Sequence record: LC819007.1
Direction: 5' to 3' (one strand)
Length of the DNA stretch: 64,000 bases
Position 1 is the stretch's first letter. Every line of letters begins with the position of its first letter. Below the pieces are notes generated by a model. That model saw nothing but the letters and a program-made list of their open reading frames with translations. It was not told where the DNA came from and did not search any database. Both the position numbers and the translations under genes were made by a program. Below, one piece after another: positions 1 to 9,128 of the stretch.

Positions 1-15
1 CTCTATGCCGCTATG

Positions 16-2247
16 TCAGTAATAATCGCTGGCAAGCTCGCTGATCTTGTCATCCAGGCAGTAGTAGCCCAGCGTTTCGAGGATCAGGTAGAACACCGCC
101 GTACAATCGAGCACCGTACGACGCAAATCCATCGCTTGAACGATTTCCGTCGGCACACCGTGGACCGCGAGACGTTGTTGCGGCAGCAGGAAGGTCGAAA
201 TCGTCTTCTTGCCCGTCTCCTTGAAGTATTTGTCAAGTTCGGTCTTGATGTGCTTGTCTTCGATACCGTCAATCCACGCCGTGATCGAACGCTGGTTCGG
301 CAAATGCACCGGCACCTTGAACACAGCGTAAGGCGGCTCGTCCATGTGACCATATTTCTGGGCAAAGATGCGTTCCCAGAGCATGTAGTGCACATACGGC
401 GACTGTTCCGGCTCTTTCGTGTACGAACCCTTCGACTTGATCTGCTGCGAACGGAAGTAAGCGCTACCACCAGCAATCGCTTCGGTGATGATGTTGCGCT
501 CGATGGTCGCGACTTCTTCCAGCAGGTCGGCAATCGAGATCTTCTCACCACGTGCCGCCGTGTCCATGATGTTTTGCATCATTTTCTCGGCTTTCTTCAT
601 GATTGCAGCCGGCACATTCGACGACTTCAGGTGCACGCCCTTGATTTCCATGTCGTACTCGATGAAGAGGTTACCTTCCTGACAGCCGATATACGCAAAG
701 TAGTGCTTACCGACCTGCGTCGGCACAAAGACGTCGAACTTGAACTCATTCTTCATCGCCACCTGGTAGATGCGCTTCGTAATGATACCGAAGTTAGCCG
801 ACATCCGAGCCAGAATGTGGGTAATCGACTCTGCAGCCAGCCAGATCATCGTCGCAGCCACCGCATTCGTCTCATCGTCCACCAGCATCTTGCCCGTTTG
901 CCATTGCACCCAGTCCTGCACGGTGAAAATGGTCGAGTCTGTATCCGACGTCAGTGCTGCGCGACGAATCGAAGTCGGGAAGAACGCCAACGAGGCCGGC
1001 ACGTTCTGCGTCACCAGCAGTGTTTCGATCAAAGTACGGTGTTCGATCACCACACGGTGGATGTTGACACAGGTCGCAGCGACATGGCTCAGCTTGACAC
1101 GGTCCTTTTCCATGCGAATGGCTTCGGACTGCTTGAATGCCTCGATTTCCGCGTCAGTTGCCTTTTCACGGATCATCTTTTCCAGCATCTTCTCGTCGAG
1201 CTTCTCGGACAGCTTCTTCCAGTCCACGCCCTTCATCACTTCCGGCAACAATTGCACCGCCAACGGCACATACTCACCGCGCAGCTTCTTGATGATCTTC
1301 GACGGTTCCTCAAAGTCACCATAACACGGCGTTGCCAGTTCACCGATAAACTTACGCACCACACCGTCGTTGTACATCGCGACGTGGAACAAGTCACCGA
1401 TATAGACGAATGCTGCCCGCTCGATCGGGGTGAGCTTATCCAGCAGTTCCGCAATGATGCGTTCTTGCTTGGCGCTCTTCCAATAGAAGCGCGTCGAGAA
1501 CATCACGCACTGCATCGCTTCGTCGGTCGTCGGATAATGCAGCTTGTACTCGTCCATCAGCTTCTGCATCTGGGCGAGATCCGTGCGGTTAGCGATCGAC
1601 ACGATGTTGTTGATCACAATCGACGGATGGTGATAGTGCCGGTTACCCGACAGCATCTTCTCGTTGTTCGCGTTGCCGTACCCCGAGGTCGAGCGACAGT
1701 TCGAAGTCAGCGTCGAGTGCGAGGTTTTGTTGTGCAACGGAGTGGAAGTCGAGACGTGACCACCCGAGATGGCGTTGTTCGAGATCTTGGCGTTCGACTG
1801 CTCGGAATTCTTGAACGTTTCCAGATCCTTGTCACCTGCCATCTTCGCGGCGAACATGGCGTGCTTCGCTTTCGAGCGGATTGCCACGTTCTCGTCGACG
1901 AATTCCACGAGAATCGATTGCTTTTCGTCCGGATGCACGTACGTGGTAAGTGTCGGTGCGATCAGTTCACGGTTCTTTAAGGAATCGGTGAGGTAACCGA
2001 GGAGCGTGCCTTCCTTCTCGACTCGGTCTTCGTAGTTCTCCCGCTCCAGGTACGTCACTTTCGGGTCTTTGAACTCAAAGAGTCCACCCGGCTTCAGGTT
2101 AGCCTTGACGAATTCAGCGCACTTCTCGACTGGATCACCCGTCATGATCGACAGGAATTTCGAAACGTCTTCTACATAGTGCTTCAGCGGATTGATGTCG
2201 CGCTGATAGTCCGAACTCTCAAGAACGAATGGATTTTCGACTGTCAT
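16..2247 (-). CDS. Divergent family-B DNA polymerase subunit (phiKZ gp50/gp82-type split polymerase, catalytic half)
   Basis: Motif C-like TSDTDSTIF and motif B-like KISNNAISG; position downstream of PhuZ as in phiKZ-like phages; start moved to ATG 2247 (MTVENPF). Confidence 0.85.
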   Translation of the reverse strand: MTVENPFVLESSDYQRDINPLKHYVEDVSKFLSIMTGDPVEKCAEFVKANLKPGGLFEFKDPKVTYLERENYEDRVEKEGTLLGYLTDSLKNRELIAPTLTTYVHPDEKQSILVEFVDENVAIRSKAKHAMFAAKMAGDKDLETFKNSEQSNAKISNNAISGGHVSTSTPLHNKTSHSTLTSNCRSTSGYGNANNEKMLSGNRHYHHPSIVINNIVSIANRTDLAQMQKLMDEYKLHYPTTDEAMQCVMFSTRFYWKSAKQERIIAELLDKLTPIERAAFVYIGDLFHVAMYNDGVVRKFIGELATPCYGDFEEPSKIIKKLRGEYVPLAVQLLPEVMKGVDWKKLSEKLDEKMLEKMIREKATDAEIEAFKQSEAIRMEKDRVKLSHVAATCVNIHRVVIEHRTLIETLLVTQNVPASLAFFPTSIRRAALTSDTDSTIFTVQDWVQWQTGKMLVDDETNAVAATMIWLAAESITHILARMSANFGIITKRIYQVAMKNEFKFDVFVPTQVGKHYFAYIGCQEGNLFIEYDMEIKGVHLKSSNVPAAIMKKAEKMMQNIMDTAARGEKISIADLLEEVATIERNIITEAIAGGSAYFRSQQIKSKGSYTKEPEQSPYVHYMLWERIFAQKYGHMDEPPYAVFKVPVHLPNQRSITAWIDGIEDKHIKTELDKYFKETGKKTISTFLLPQQRLAVHGVPTEIVQAMDLRRTVLDCTAVFYLILETLGYYCLDDKISELASDYY

Positions 2248-2364
2248 TGTTGTTGCGTGTTGGTAAGTGGGTGGCATGGCTCGGTGCCTAGCAAAGTATG
2301 GGGACGAAAAATAAAAAAGGCATAAAGGCCGTGGCAGGCGACCGAAGTCGCCCACCACAGACCC

Positions 2365-2577
2365 TTAAACTTCCATGCCTTCTGAACGCATACTGTCTTC
2401 CACTTGCCAGCCGAGATTCCAGGCGGTTGCCTTGGCTTCCCAGTCAGTGCAGGTTTCTCCTGTAGCGGCCGGCATCATTTCCGGCTTGTAGTAAGGGTTG
2501 TCAATGAAACCACGTCCGAGCGCTCGTGCATTGGCGCCTTGCTTCTGGATATCGGGATGCTGCATAACCTCACTCAT
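2365..2577 (-). CDS. Small CrpP-related / Rmf-like protein
   Basis: DIQKQGANARALG..NPYY..MPAATGE..W..K..AWNLGW matches the CrpP-related pattern as I recall it; start overlaps the stop of the upstream gene. Confidence 0.6.
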   Translation of the reverse strand: MSEVMQHPDIQKQGANARALGRGFIDNPYYKPEMMPAATGETCTDWEAKATAWNLGWQVEDSMRSEGMEV

Positions 2578-3034
2578 TCGGTAATCGTTTCGGCAGCAGT
2601 AGTTGCCACCGGTCCTTGAGATAAACTAGAAGCGCCCGAAGCTTGGCCTGGAATCGGCCGTGTCGGAAGCGCTTCCGGATGTAGTGCGGGTGAACACGCA
2701 CGCTCTCCAGATTCATCCACCGAAGAATGTCAACGAGATCGTCCTGAGGATCTTCCGAACCACCGTTGGTGAATTTGATACGCAGACCGTACAGCAAATC
2801 ATCGCCCGCACATGAATAACGGATCTGTAGCCGCGCTTCGTTCGTCTGAGTGTCGTACTCGACGAGCGCTACGTGGATAAAGTCCTTGTCCACTGGGTAG
2901 ATGTAGAAGTAGTCCTTGTTGACGTCGTACTGTTGGAACTCCTTGCGTAAGTGATGGAGTACAACCGGATGGCTGATCCGGAAGAAGCCTTTCTCGCGTA
3001 GAATCGCGCGAACCTTTTCAATCGTGAGAGACAT
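2570..3034 (-). CDS. Hypothetical protein (154 aa)
   Basis: ORF with upstream AAAGGA RBS-like sequence, coupled to the next gene. Confidence 0.7.
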   Translation of the reverse strand: MSLTIEKVRAILREKGFFRISHPVVLHHLRKEFQQYDVNKDYFYIYPVDKDFIHVALVEYDTQTNEARLQIRYSCAGDDLLYGLRIKFTNGGSEDPQDDLVDILRWMNLESVRVHPHYIRKRFRHGRFQAKLRALLVYLKDRWQLLLPKRLPNE

Positions 3035-3460
3035 GGGTTAGTCCTTTATTAACGGCGGCATAAACCAGAGACAAACCCCGATGCACGCGAGGTTTATCCC
3101 TGGTTCAGAGGCTCCACAAGTACCACTCAACAATCGTTGTCGATAAATCTGTCATGCGCCCGCTTCGGAGAGTGCGAGACTCCGCGCTGGCTTTACATGG
3201 ATCTACCTAATCCCACACGGGACTTTTCCCTACGTGCTTCACCGCTCGTAGAGGTCAGCAGAGTATCTGAACGATCGTTAGTCCTAGGCTCCACCACAGA
3301 GCCGCTCGCTGCTATCTAAAGGAAGAAAACTTCACAGCGGGATCGAGGATGACCAGTTCCTCGGTCTTTGCATCAAATAGTATCTCGCCGTAAAAAATAA
3401 CCACGAGATACTATCTTTGCTCATTGCTACTAGGGTAATGTGTTGCTGAAAAGAACTACA

Positions 3461-5338
3461 TCAGAGCGAAGCGATCGATTGATCCACGTACTTGAACGCC
3501 GAGTACATCACGTCGCTCGCACGGTCTTCAATCCGCGAGAAGATCGTGGCGGACGTATCCTCGTGTGCGTAGATCATGCTGATCGCGTTCTGCTGCTCTT
3601 CGCTCATCATGTCCCACAAGTGACGCACCGGACGATCCCACTCGAACCAGGCGTCGACTTCGCCCAGTTCGTCGTCATTCAGCGCACCCTTCAACATCGG
3701 GAAACTGACGTCGACTTCGATATAGTCAAACAACACCTTGATGATGTCTTGCAGCTGTTTGACATCACGCACCTTGGCAACGGCAACCGGAATCGGCTTG
3801 AGATCGTAGTCAATGTCCAGGAATACGTGGCCGCGATGATTCACCTGCTTCGGATGTACCGGGTTACCGCCAATCCAGCCATCGTACTTGCCCGCTTCCT
3901 TCTCCATGAACTCCGCGAAGCCATTGCTGTCACGTACTCGTTCGGCATTGGCGACCAGTGGTTTCATAGCGTCGTCTAGAACCTCCTGGGGCAGATTGCC
4001 TTCGCGATCCATGGCGGCAGTCACAGTACGCTCGAACTTCTGCACCAGTGGGCCAGCAAGCCGGGCAAAGGCCTTGGCGTTCTTCGCCATTCGCTGGTTC
4101 ACACCCGAGGCTTCCTTGAACATCTTGGCAAGCGCCGAAGCGATCTCTTCTGGCCGTGGACTATGTCCGTTGATCGAGAGCTTCAGTCCGGAATCAGGCG
4201 TGAAGTCCTTCATCGTCAACTGGAATTGACTCGGATCAGCCATGAACTTGCTGCAGCGCTTCCAGGCTGACTGGACGTCAAAGCGTTCAATCGGTTGTGC
4301 CGTAGGACCGGTCTTTACCTTGCTGCGGAAGTAGTCTAGGAGACCTTCGTTTGCCGGTTGACGTGCCACGAGCTTCTTGTCGAACATCGCGATGTACATA
4401 CCGCAAATGATCGGACCGAGGTCGGTAGTGATCATTTGCGCCAGATCGAATACGTTGTCGTCGTTCTGGCTGGAGAACAATTGACGGAAGATCTCGTCGC
4501 CATTCTTCAGATTGTCGTACTCGATAGCGTCATCTAGACTGTCCCAGTACGGAATGTAGTTATCGCGCGCAAGCTTCTCAGCTTTCTGGGCAACTCCCAG
4601 CAACACACGAATTGCGTCGGCGTATTGCGTCGCTGTCGATTGAGTCGGTGCTTCGAATTCACCAGAGGTTTCGGTACGTGCAAACAACGAGAAAGAACTG
4701 TCCTTCGGCTCGCTGAAATTCACCGGCCACGTATTCTTCTTGCTGTCGAAACCCAATGCCGGGAATGGACGCTTGTACTTCTTACGGGCTCGGTCGACGG
4801 CCGACTCTTTCAGCTGATCTTCGTGCTTGTCCCAAAAACTATCGAGCTCCGCATTGTTCTTGATCGCTTCGGCCTGCTTGCACAGACGACGGCGCAGGTC
4901 TGTGTGAGGGCGCTCCGAGTGTGCGATATCTTCAACGACCGAGAGCATTGCTTCGGCGGCGCGCACGATATCCTGCGGTCGCTTGAGCGCTTGGCCGTTC
5001 ACGTTGGCATACTTCAGGCCAGGTACGTGGATATTCTCAGCGCTCTCTTCCAGATTGTTCTTGACCCAGCCCGGATTCTCGTAAGTGTTCTTGAGATCGT
5101 GGTCCAGGTCTTTGGCCACTAGGTCGATTTCATGCCAATCTTTGCCGTGGATCAGGGCCGCGCGTTCTTGTTGCCTGCTCTTATGGGCAAAGAGCTTCTT
5201 GATCGTATCAACGAAACCTTCGCAGGCGGGTCCGTACTCGCCGAGGTCGACTTCGTGATCTTCTCGCAGTTGCAGGATTTTCATGATCAGCTGATCAATT
5301 GCAGGTCGATGTTGTTGTAGCCGTTCTGCGTGAGACAC
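3461..5338 (-). CDS. Putative internal head (ejection) protein with two paralogous domains, each preceded by an A-x-E protease site
   Basis: ACEGFVDTIKKLF and ANEGLLDYFRSK fit the phiKZ-type prohead protease S/A/G-x-E consensus; internal similarity GLKYANVNG..RPQDI vs GLKLSING..RPEEI. Confidence 0.65.
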   Translation of the reverse strand: MSHAERLQQHRPAIDQLIMKILQLREDHEVDLGEYGPACEGFVDTIKKLFAHKSRQQERAALIHGKDWHEIDLVAKDLDHDLKNTYENPGWVKNNLEESAENIHVPGLKYANVNGQALKRPQDIVRAAEAMLSVVEDIAHSERPHTDLRRRLCKQAEAIKNNAELDSFWDKHEDQLKESAVDRARKKYKRPFPALGFDSKKNTWPVNFSEPKDSSFSLFARTETSGEFEAPTQSTATQYADAIRVLLGVAQKAEKLARDNYIPYWDSLDDAIEYDNLKNGDEIFRQLFSSQNDDNVFDLAQMITTDLGPIICGMYIAMFDKKLVARQPANEGLLDYFRSKVKTGPTAQPIERFDVQSAWKRCSKFMADPSQFQLTMKDFTPDSGLKLSINGHSPRPEEIASALAKMFKEASGVNQRMAKNAKAFARLAGPLVQKFERTVTAAMDREGNLPQEVLDDAMKPLVANAERVRDSNGFAEFMEKEAGKYDGWIGGNPVHPKQVNHRGHVFLDIDYDLKPIPVAVAKVRDVKQLQDIIKVLFDYIEVDVSFPMLKGALNDDELGEVDAWFEWDRPVRHLWDMMSEEQQNAISMIYAHEDTSATIFSRIEDRASDVMYSAFKYVDQSIASL

Positions 5339-5688
5339 ACGCGGATACGTTCCAGGTCTGCCGAACCCACACCGTCGATGATGGCTTGTACCTTGAGGGA
5401 CTCCACCAGTTCGACAGTCTCGTCGATGATCCAGGGCACCCCAACCACGGTCTGATCGCCACTGTCGGTGCGAATCAGCAGGTAGTCGAAGTCCTGGGGA
5501 CGGTTAGGCGTACCCGCGGGCAGATACGGGTAGACGTTGATGTGTAGCGCTTCGATATCAGCAAAGCCCAGGGCTGTGTTGTAATCGAGCTGCGCGAGCA
5601 CGGTAACTTTCTTGAACGACGTGCCGATAATAGCGCTCGGGTACACGTCGAACGAATAAACCTTGCGGTTGACGAATGCAGTAGTCAT
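5287..5688 (-). CDS. Conserved phiKZ-like hypothetical protein (133 aa)
   Basis: Clean ORF with phage codon usage; resembles small proteins I recall from jumbo-phage core blocks. Confidence 0.7.
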   Translation of the reverse strand: MTTAFVNRKVYSFDVYPSAIIGTSFKKVTVLAQLDYNTALGFADIEALHINVYPYLPAGTPNRPQDFDYLLIRTDSGDQTVVGVPWIIDETVELVESLKVQAIIDGVGSADLERIRVCLTQNGYNNIDLQLIS

Positions 5689-5760
5689 AGCGAAATGAGG
5701 GTCCGTGAGGGAAACATAAAATTACCCCACACTGCTACGACAAAAAAAAATAAAAGGCGA

Positions 5761-5801
5761 CATAGAGCGAGCGGGGCTTTCGCCTCGCTCGCCTTATGCC
5801 G
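5761..5801. terminator. Hairpin flanked by CATAG and TTATGCCG
   Basis: GAGCGAGCGGGG-CTTT-CGCCTCGCTC stem downstream of the HNH gene. Confidence 0.7.
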
Positions 5802-6404
5802 TCAATTGCCTGCGTCGATAGCTTCCTCAAAAGACATTCCCCGATTTAGTCTTGATGTCATGGTACTGTGGTTGAGGTTCAGTTCTCGACACCACTCAGC
5901 CAGCGTCTTGATCTCCCCGTCAAACTCTATTCTTCGACACATACTTCGGTTGTTGCTTTGTTCGAGTCGAGTTGCCCAACGACAGTTTCCTTTTGAGTAA
6001 CCAAGATCGTTATTATTTCGCTCGACAGTATGGTCAGGAGACGGGCGAGCACCCATGTCGTTGTAGAAAGTTTCGAAACTAAGCCACTCGTCGCTTACCA
6101 AAATTCCACGACCACCGTACTTCGGATAGTCTTTACTTTTCTTGTTGTAACAGCGTCCGAGCATACCCCACCAAACTCTAAATTCAGGAGTATCGCTCAT
6201 ACCGTGCGTGGTCTTGTGTGTTTTCTTCAGGCATCCGCAACTACGAGTGTTTCCATTACGCAAACTCACACCAAGCACAACTTTGGTGTTTCCACAATCG
6301 CAGAGACAATTCCAACTAACCTTCTTCTGCTTGTGCTCTCCAGGGTGTCTGGATTGAACTACAAGCAGGCCAAAACGCTGACCTATGATTTCGTTGATAG
6401 ACAT
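5802..6404 (-). mobile_element. Freestanding HNH homing endonuclease gene
   Basis: N-terminal WNCLCDCG..SCGC; HNH core HTVERNNNDLGYSKGNCRWAT; C-terminal helix-turn-helix-like KTLAEWCRELNL; about 43% GC in two 60-nt lines counted, against about 60% in a tail sheath line. Confidence 0.9.
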
Positions 6405-6420
6405 GATGGCAAAAATTTAG

Positions 6421-6460
6421 CAGCATAAGAGAGCGAGATGCCGTAGCATCTCGCGGGCTC
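6421..6460 (-). terminator. Hairpin plus TTATGCTG tail
   Basis: GCGAGATGC-CGTA-GCATCTCGC stem. Confidence 0.7.
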
Positions 6461-6839
6461 AGTAGAACAAAGCAGACTCACGGTTGACCTTTATCCGTTC
6501 ATAGCGTCGCTCGTAGAACACGTCGTAAATGCCACGGTCCATGAGGTATGCGTTGAAATCTCTTGCGAGATCTTCGAACACCTTGGCGATGTACTTCCTC
6601 GTAAAGGTGTCGTGGATATGTAACTCGTCGAGCAGGTCGTCACTGGGGAAGACCGATTCTTCGTTATCGAAGTACGTCAATTGCCGCCAGTGCTCGAACA
6701 TCCCCTCAACTATGCGGTTGAAGCATGATGCACTGATCGGCTTGGGCAGAATAATCCGCTCGATCGCGAGCTTGCACTTCCGGATAGGTATATGCAGGCC
6801 GAGCGACAGCGGTGTGGCGGATGGTTGATAGGTTAGCAT
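6459..6839 (-). CDS. Hypothetical protein
   Basis: ORF; start at ATG 6839 chosen by eye. Confidence 0.6.
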   Translation of the reverse strand: MLTYQPSATPLSLGLHIPIRKCKLAIERIILPKPISASCFNRIVEGMFEHWRQLTYFDNEESVFPSDDLLDELHIHDTFTRKYIAKVFEDLARDFNAYLMDRGIYDVFYERRYERIKVNRESALFY

Positions 6840-7350
6840 CGAAGACAAGTTTTGACATGAACAAGTATCTGCCTTGGTGCAGGCAGTAGAACTCATAAGG
6901 GAAGAGCTCTGCACTTGATTTCGTGTGAGTGTCAAAATATGCCAACAGGTGGTCGCAGATGCACTGAATGCCCTTGATCAGTGCATTGACCTCCCGGGTG
7001 CCGCTCTCAAGCGTGAAGGAAGTGTCGTCCAATGTCTGGGCGACCAGCTCCATACGGAACGCTTCACGGTTCAGATCGTAATTGCTGCGCGAGGAGATCA
7101 ACTCCAGCGCTTTCTGAATACACAACTCGTGGGGAGCTGCCAGTACACTCAACGTGTTGGTGTACATGTTCAGCCGCTGCAAGGGTTCCAGTAGATCCAA
7201 ACTCACAACGTTTGGGAGGACTGGGTTCGGGCAGTACCCGCCTACGAGGTCATCGCTTGCATTCAAGAGTGACTGCATGTCAAACGCCTCTTCTCGGTAA
7301 TCATAGACTCCGGAGATAAATAACTCGGCCGTCAAAAGAGTGGAATTCAT
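6706..7350 (-). CDS. Hypothetical protein (FPYEF motif near C-terminus)
   Basis: ORF; start uncertain (7350 or 7386); shares FPYEF with the neighbouring gene. Confidence 0.6.
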   Translation of the reverse strand: MNSTLLTAELFISGVYDYREEAFDMQSLLNASDDLVGGYCPNPVLPNVVSLDLLEPLQRLNMYTNTLSVLAAPHELCIQKALELISSRSNYDLNREAFRMELVAQTLDDTSFTLESGTREVNALIKGIQCICDHLLAYFDTHTKSSAELFPYEFYCLHQGRYLFMSKLVFDANLSTIRHTAVARPAYTYPEVQARDRADYSAQADQCIMLQPHS

Positions 7351-7684
7351 AGGGAAACTTCCCGTCTGCGTCGTAACGACCTCCATTCTGGAGCGTCGTG
7401 TGTAGGTATTCTGCAACGTTTTTTGTTCTTTCCGCGATTTCGTACATGACTTCGTTGGCTTCGATATTCTTCTCGGCCAGGCAGTGCTGATAATACTCGC
7501 CCTCAGTCATGTCAAATAGCAGATCGTTCAGATCCACAGAAAAAGCTTCATCGTACTTCAACGTGCCCACTAGATCGCTCATGAAGTAAAACTCAGGAGC
7601 TCCCACAGAATCTAGTAGTTCCATCAGTTTCTTTAATTCAGGTGCTCTCGGACCTGCATGAATGATGGCGTAATGTGGACCCAT
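7301..7684 (-). CDS. Hypothetical protein (FPYEF motif at C-terminus)
   Basis: ORF in a tightly packed minus-strand operon. Confidence 0.7.
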   Translation of the reverse strand: MGPHYAIIHAGPRAPELKKLMELLDSVGAPEFYFMSDLVGTLKYDEAFSVDLNDLLFDMTEGEYYQHCLAEKNIEANEVMYEIAERTKNVAEYLHTTLQNGGRYDADGKFPYEFHSFDGRVIYLRSL

Positions 7685-7693
7685 CTCACACCC

Positions 7694-8125
7694 CTACTTG
7701 AGAAGGAACGACCCTGAATCAAACCGGTTGTTCACCGCAATACACTTGACGTGCTGCAGCCCGGTATCCTCACCAAGGCGCTTAAGCGAAGTCTTAGCGA
7801 ATCGGTAGATGTCAAAGGTCCGCCGATAGAACTCGCGCTGTTCACGCTGATACATGTCCATCGTGGCTGTGTTCTCATCCAGCCGAATGCGGTAATAACT
7901 CTCAAACATCTCACCGACTTGCTCCTGGAAGCTCGTCAGATCGCCGTCCAGGACGTTCTGAAGTGCTACCCCGAAGACTGTACTCGCTCCACCATCAAAG
8001 CGACTGAAGAAGTCCCGTTGGTCACGCAGCGTGTAACGCCCCGCGTCACCGACCTGATTCGGGTAATTGACGACAATGGCGTTATGGGTAACCATGAATG
8101 TGGACCTCAAGAATGTTATCGGCAT
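7694..8125 (-). CDS. Hypothetical protein (143 aa)
   Basis: ORF in operon. Confidence 0.65.
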   Translation of the reverse strand: MPITFLRSTFMVTHNAIVVNYPNQVGDAGRYTLRDQRDFFSRFDGGASTVFGVALQNVLDGDLTSFQEQVGEMFESYYRIRLDENTATMDMYQREQREFYRRTFDIYRFAKTSLKRLGEDTGLQHVKCIAVNNRFDSGSFLLK

Positions 8126-8174
8126 AAAGAGGAGGCTCGGAGTAAAATCACTCCGAGCGATCCTGGATTGTTGC

Positions 8175-8597
8175 TTAGCCGAACACGCGACCGAACCAAT
8201 TGATCCAGCGCGGCACCGGCTTGACCACCGGCCGGCGATTCAGATTCGTACGGTTGACGATCAGGTTCAACTGGTCCAGCTTCTCCACTGGAATGCTGTT
8301 GTAGCTGATCTTGAACATCCCCGTTTGCTTGTCGATACCCATGGAAAGGAACTGACCCTTCCAATTGCACACGGTGAGTTGCGGCTGACCCGTCGGGAAA
8401 ATCGACTGCTCGTAGTGCGGGAAGAAGCCCGCCAAACGCATCATCCACGGCGACGCAAATTGCACGCTGTGGATCGAATCGGTCATGTCGAAGCGCTCGT
8501 GATCGTTCGCCTGCTGCTCGGTCAACGCCAGCAGGTTGCCCTCATACAGCTGTGAGCTGATGAGGTTGATCTTGATTTTAGTTTTAGAGGTGATCAT
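8175..8597 (-). CDS. Hypothetical protein (140 aa)
   Basis: ORF in operon. Confidence 0.7.
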   Translation of the reverse strand: MITSKTKIKINLISSQLYEGNLLALTEQQANDHERFDMTDSIHSVQFASPWMMRLAGFFPHYEQSIFPTGQPQLTVCNWKGQFLSMGIDKQTGMFKISYNSIPVEKLDQLNLIVNRTNLNRRPVVKPVPRWINWFGRVFG

Positions 8598-8600
8598 ACT

Positions 8601-9128
8601 TCAGGATGGAAAAAGGGTGGCCAGATGCTGCGGCAGAAAGCCGATGCAGCCGGTGATCACTGCCCGCCCATCCAACGGAACGAAGCCTGGGTAGACGACG
8701 CCTTGGAGGACCGGGGTGTAGACCACCAGTTCGCGGGTTGCGGGATAGAACTTGTACAAACACTCGTGCGGCCGATGACTGTACTGCTGGTTATCGGGCA
8801 ACACGATCGACAGCGCACGGTGCGTGATCGTATCCGCCATCGACCAGAAGATCTCGCCCAGCGCGTCAATTGCGTGAGAGAGCTCCAGCGGTCCCAGCGG
8901 AGCTTGTCCGCCGTTGGCGTTCTGAAACACCAACGTACGATCATGTTCCGTATAATGCGGCTTGGGTGTGAGGGCCAATTCACCGTAGAAGTAATCGGCC
9001 AACATCAACCGCACCGTTTCAGCAACATCGACCACCGTAGCGTCACCAATAAACTCAGCGAACTGGTGGTCGAGTTCTTGAAGCGTTAAGCGCTTCTCAT
9101 GGTACTGCGGAATGGCACTCGTGCTCAT
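8601..9128 (-). CDS. Hypothetical protein
   Basis: ATGA start/stop overlap with the upstream gene at 9125-9128. Confidence 0.75.
   Translation of the reverse strand: MSTSAIPQYHEKRLTLQELDHQFAEFIGDATVVDVAETVRLMLADYFYGELALTPKPHYTEHDRTLVFQNANGGQAPLGPLELSHAIDALGEIFWSMADTITHRALSIVLPDNQQYSHRPHECLYKFYPATRELVVYTPVLQGVVYPGFVPLDGRAVITGCIGFLPQHLATLFPS

Noticed and set aside
13-1980. 655-aa plus-strand ORF
   Set aside because: Antisense shadow of the DNA polymerase gene; R/H/V-rich translation typical of the reverse strand of codon-biased genes
3181-3250. Minus-strand AGGGAAAAGTCCCG resembling RNase P GGAAAGUCC, and plus-strand GAGACT..TAGTCC resembling group I intron P7
   Set aside because: Explained by a local GGGA-AAAG-TCCC hairpin; other conserved regions and an interrupted host gene are missing. 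An Infernal search would settle it
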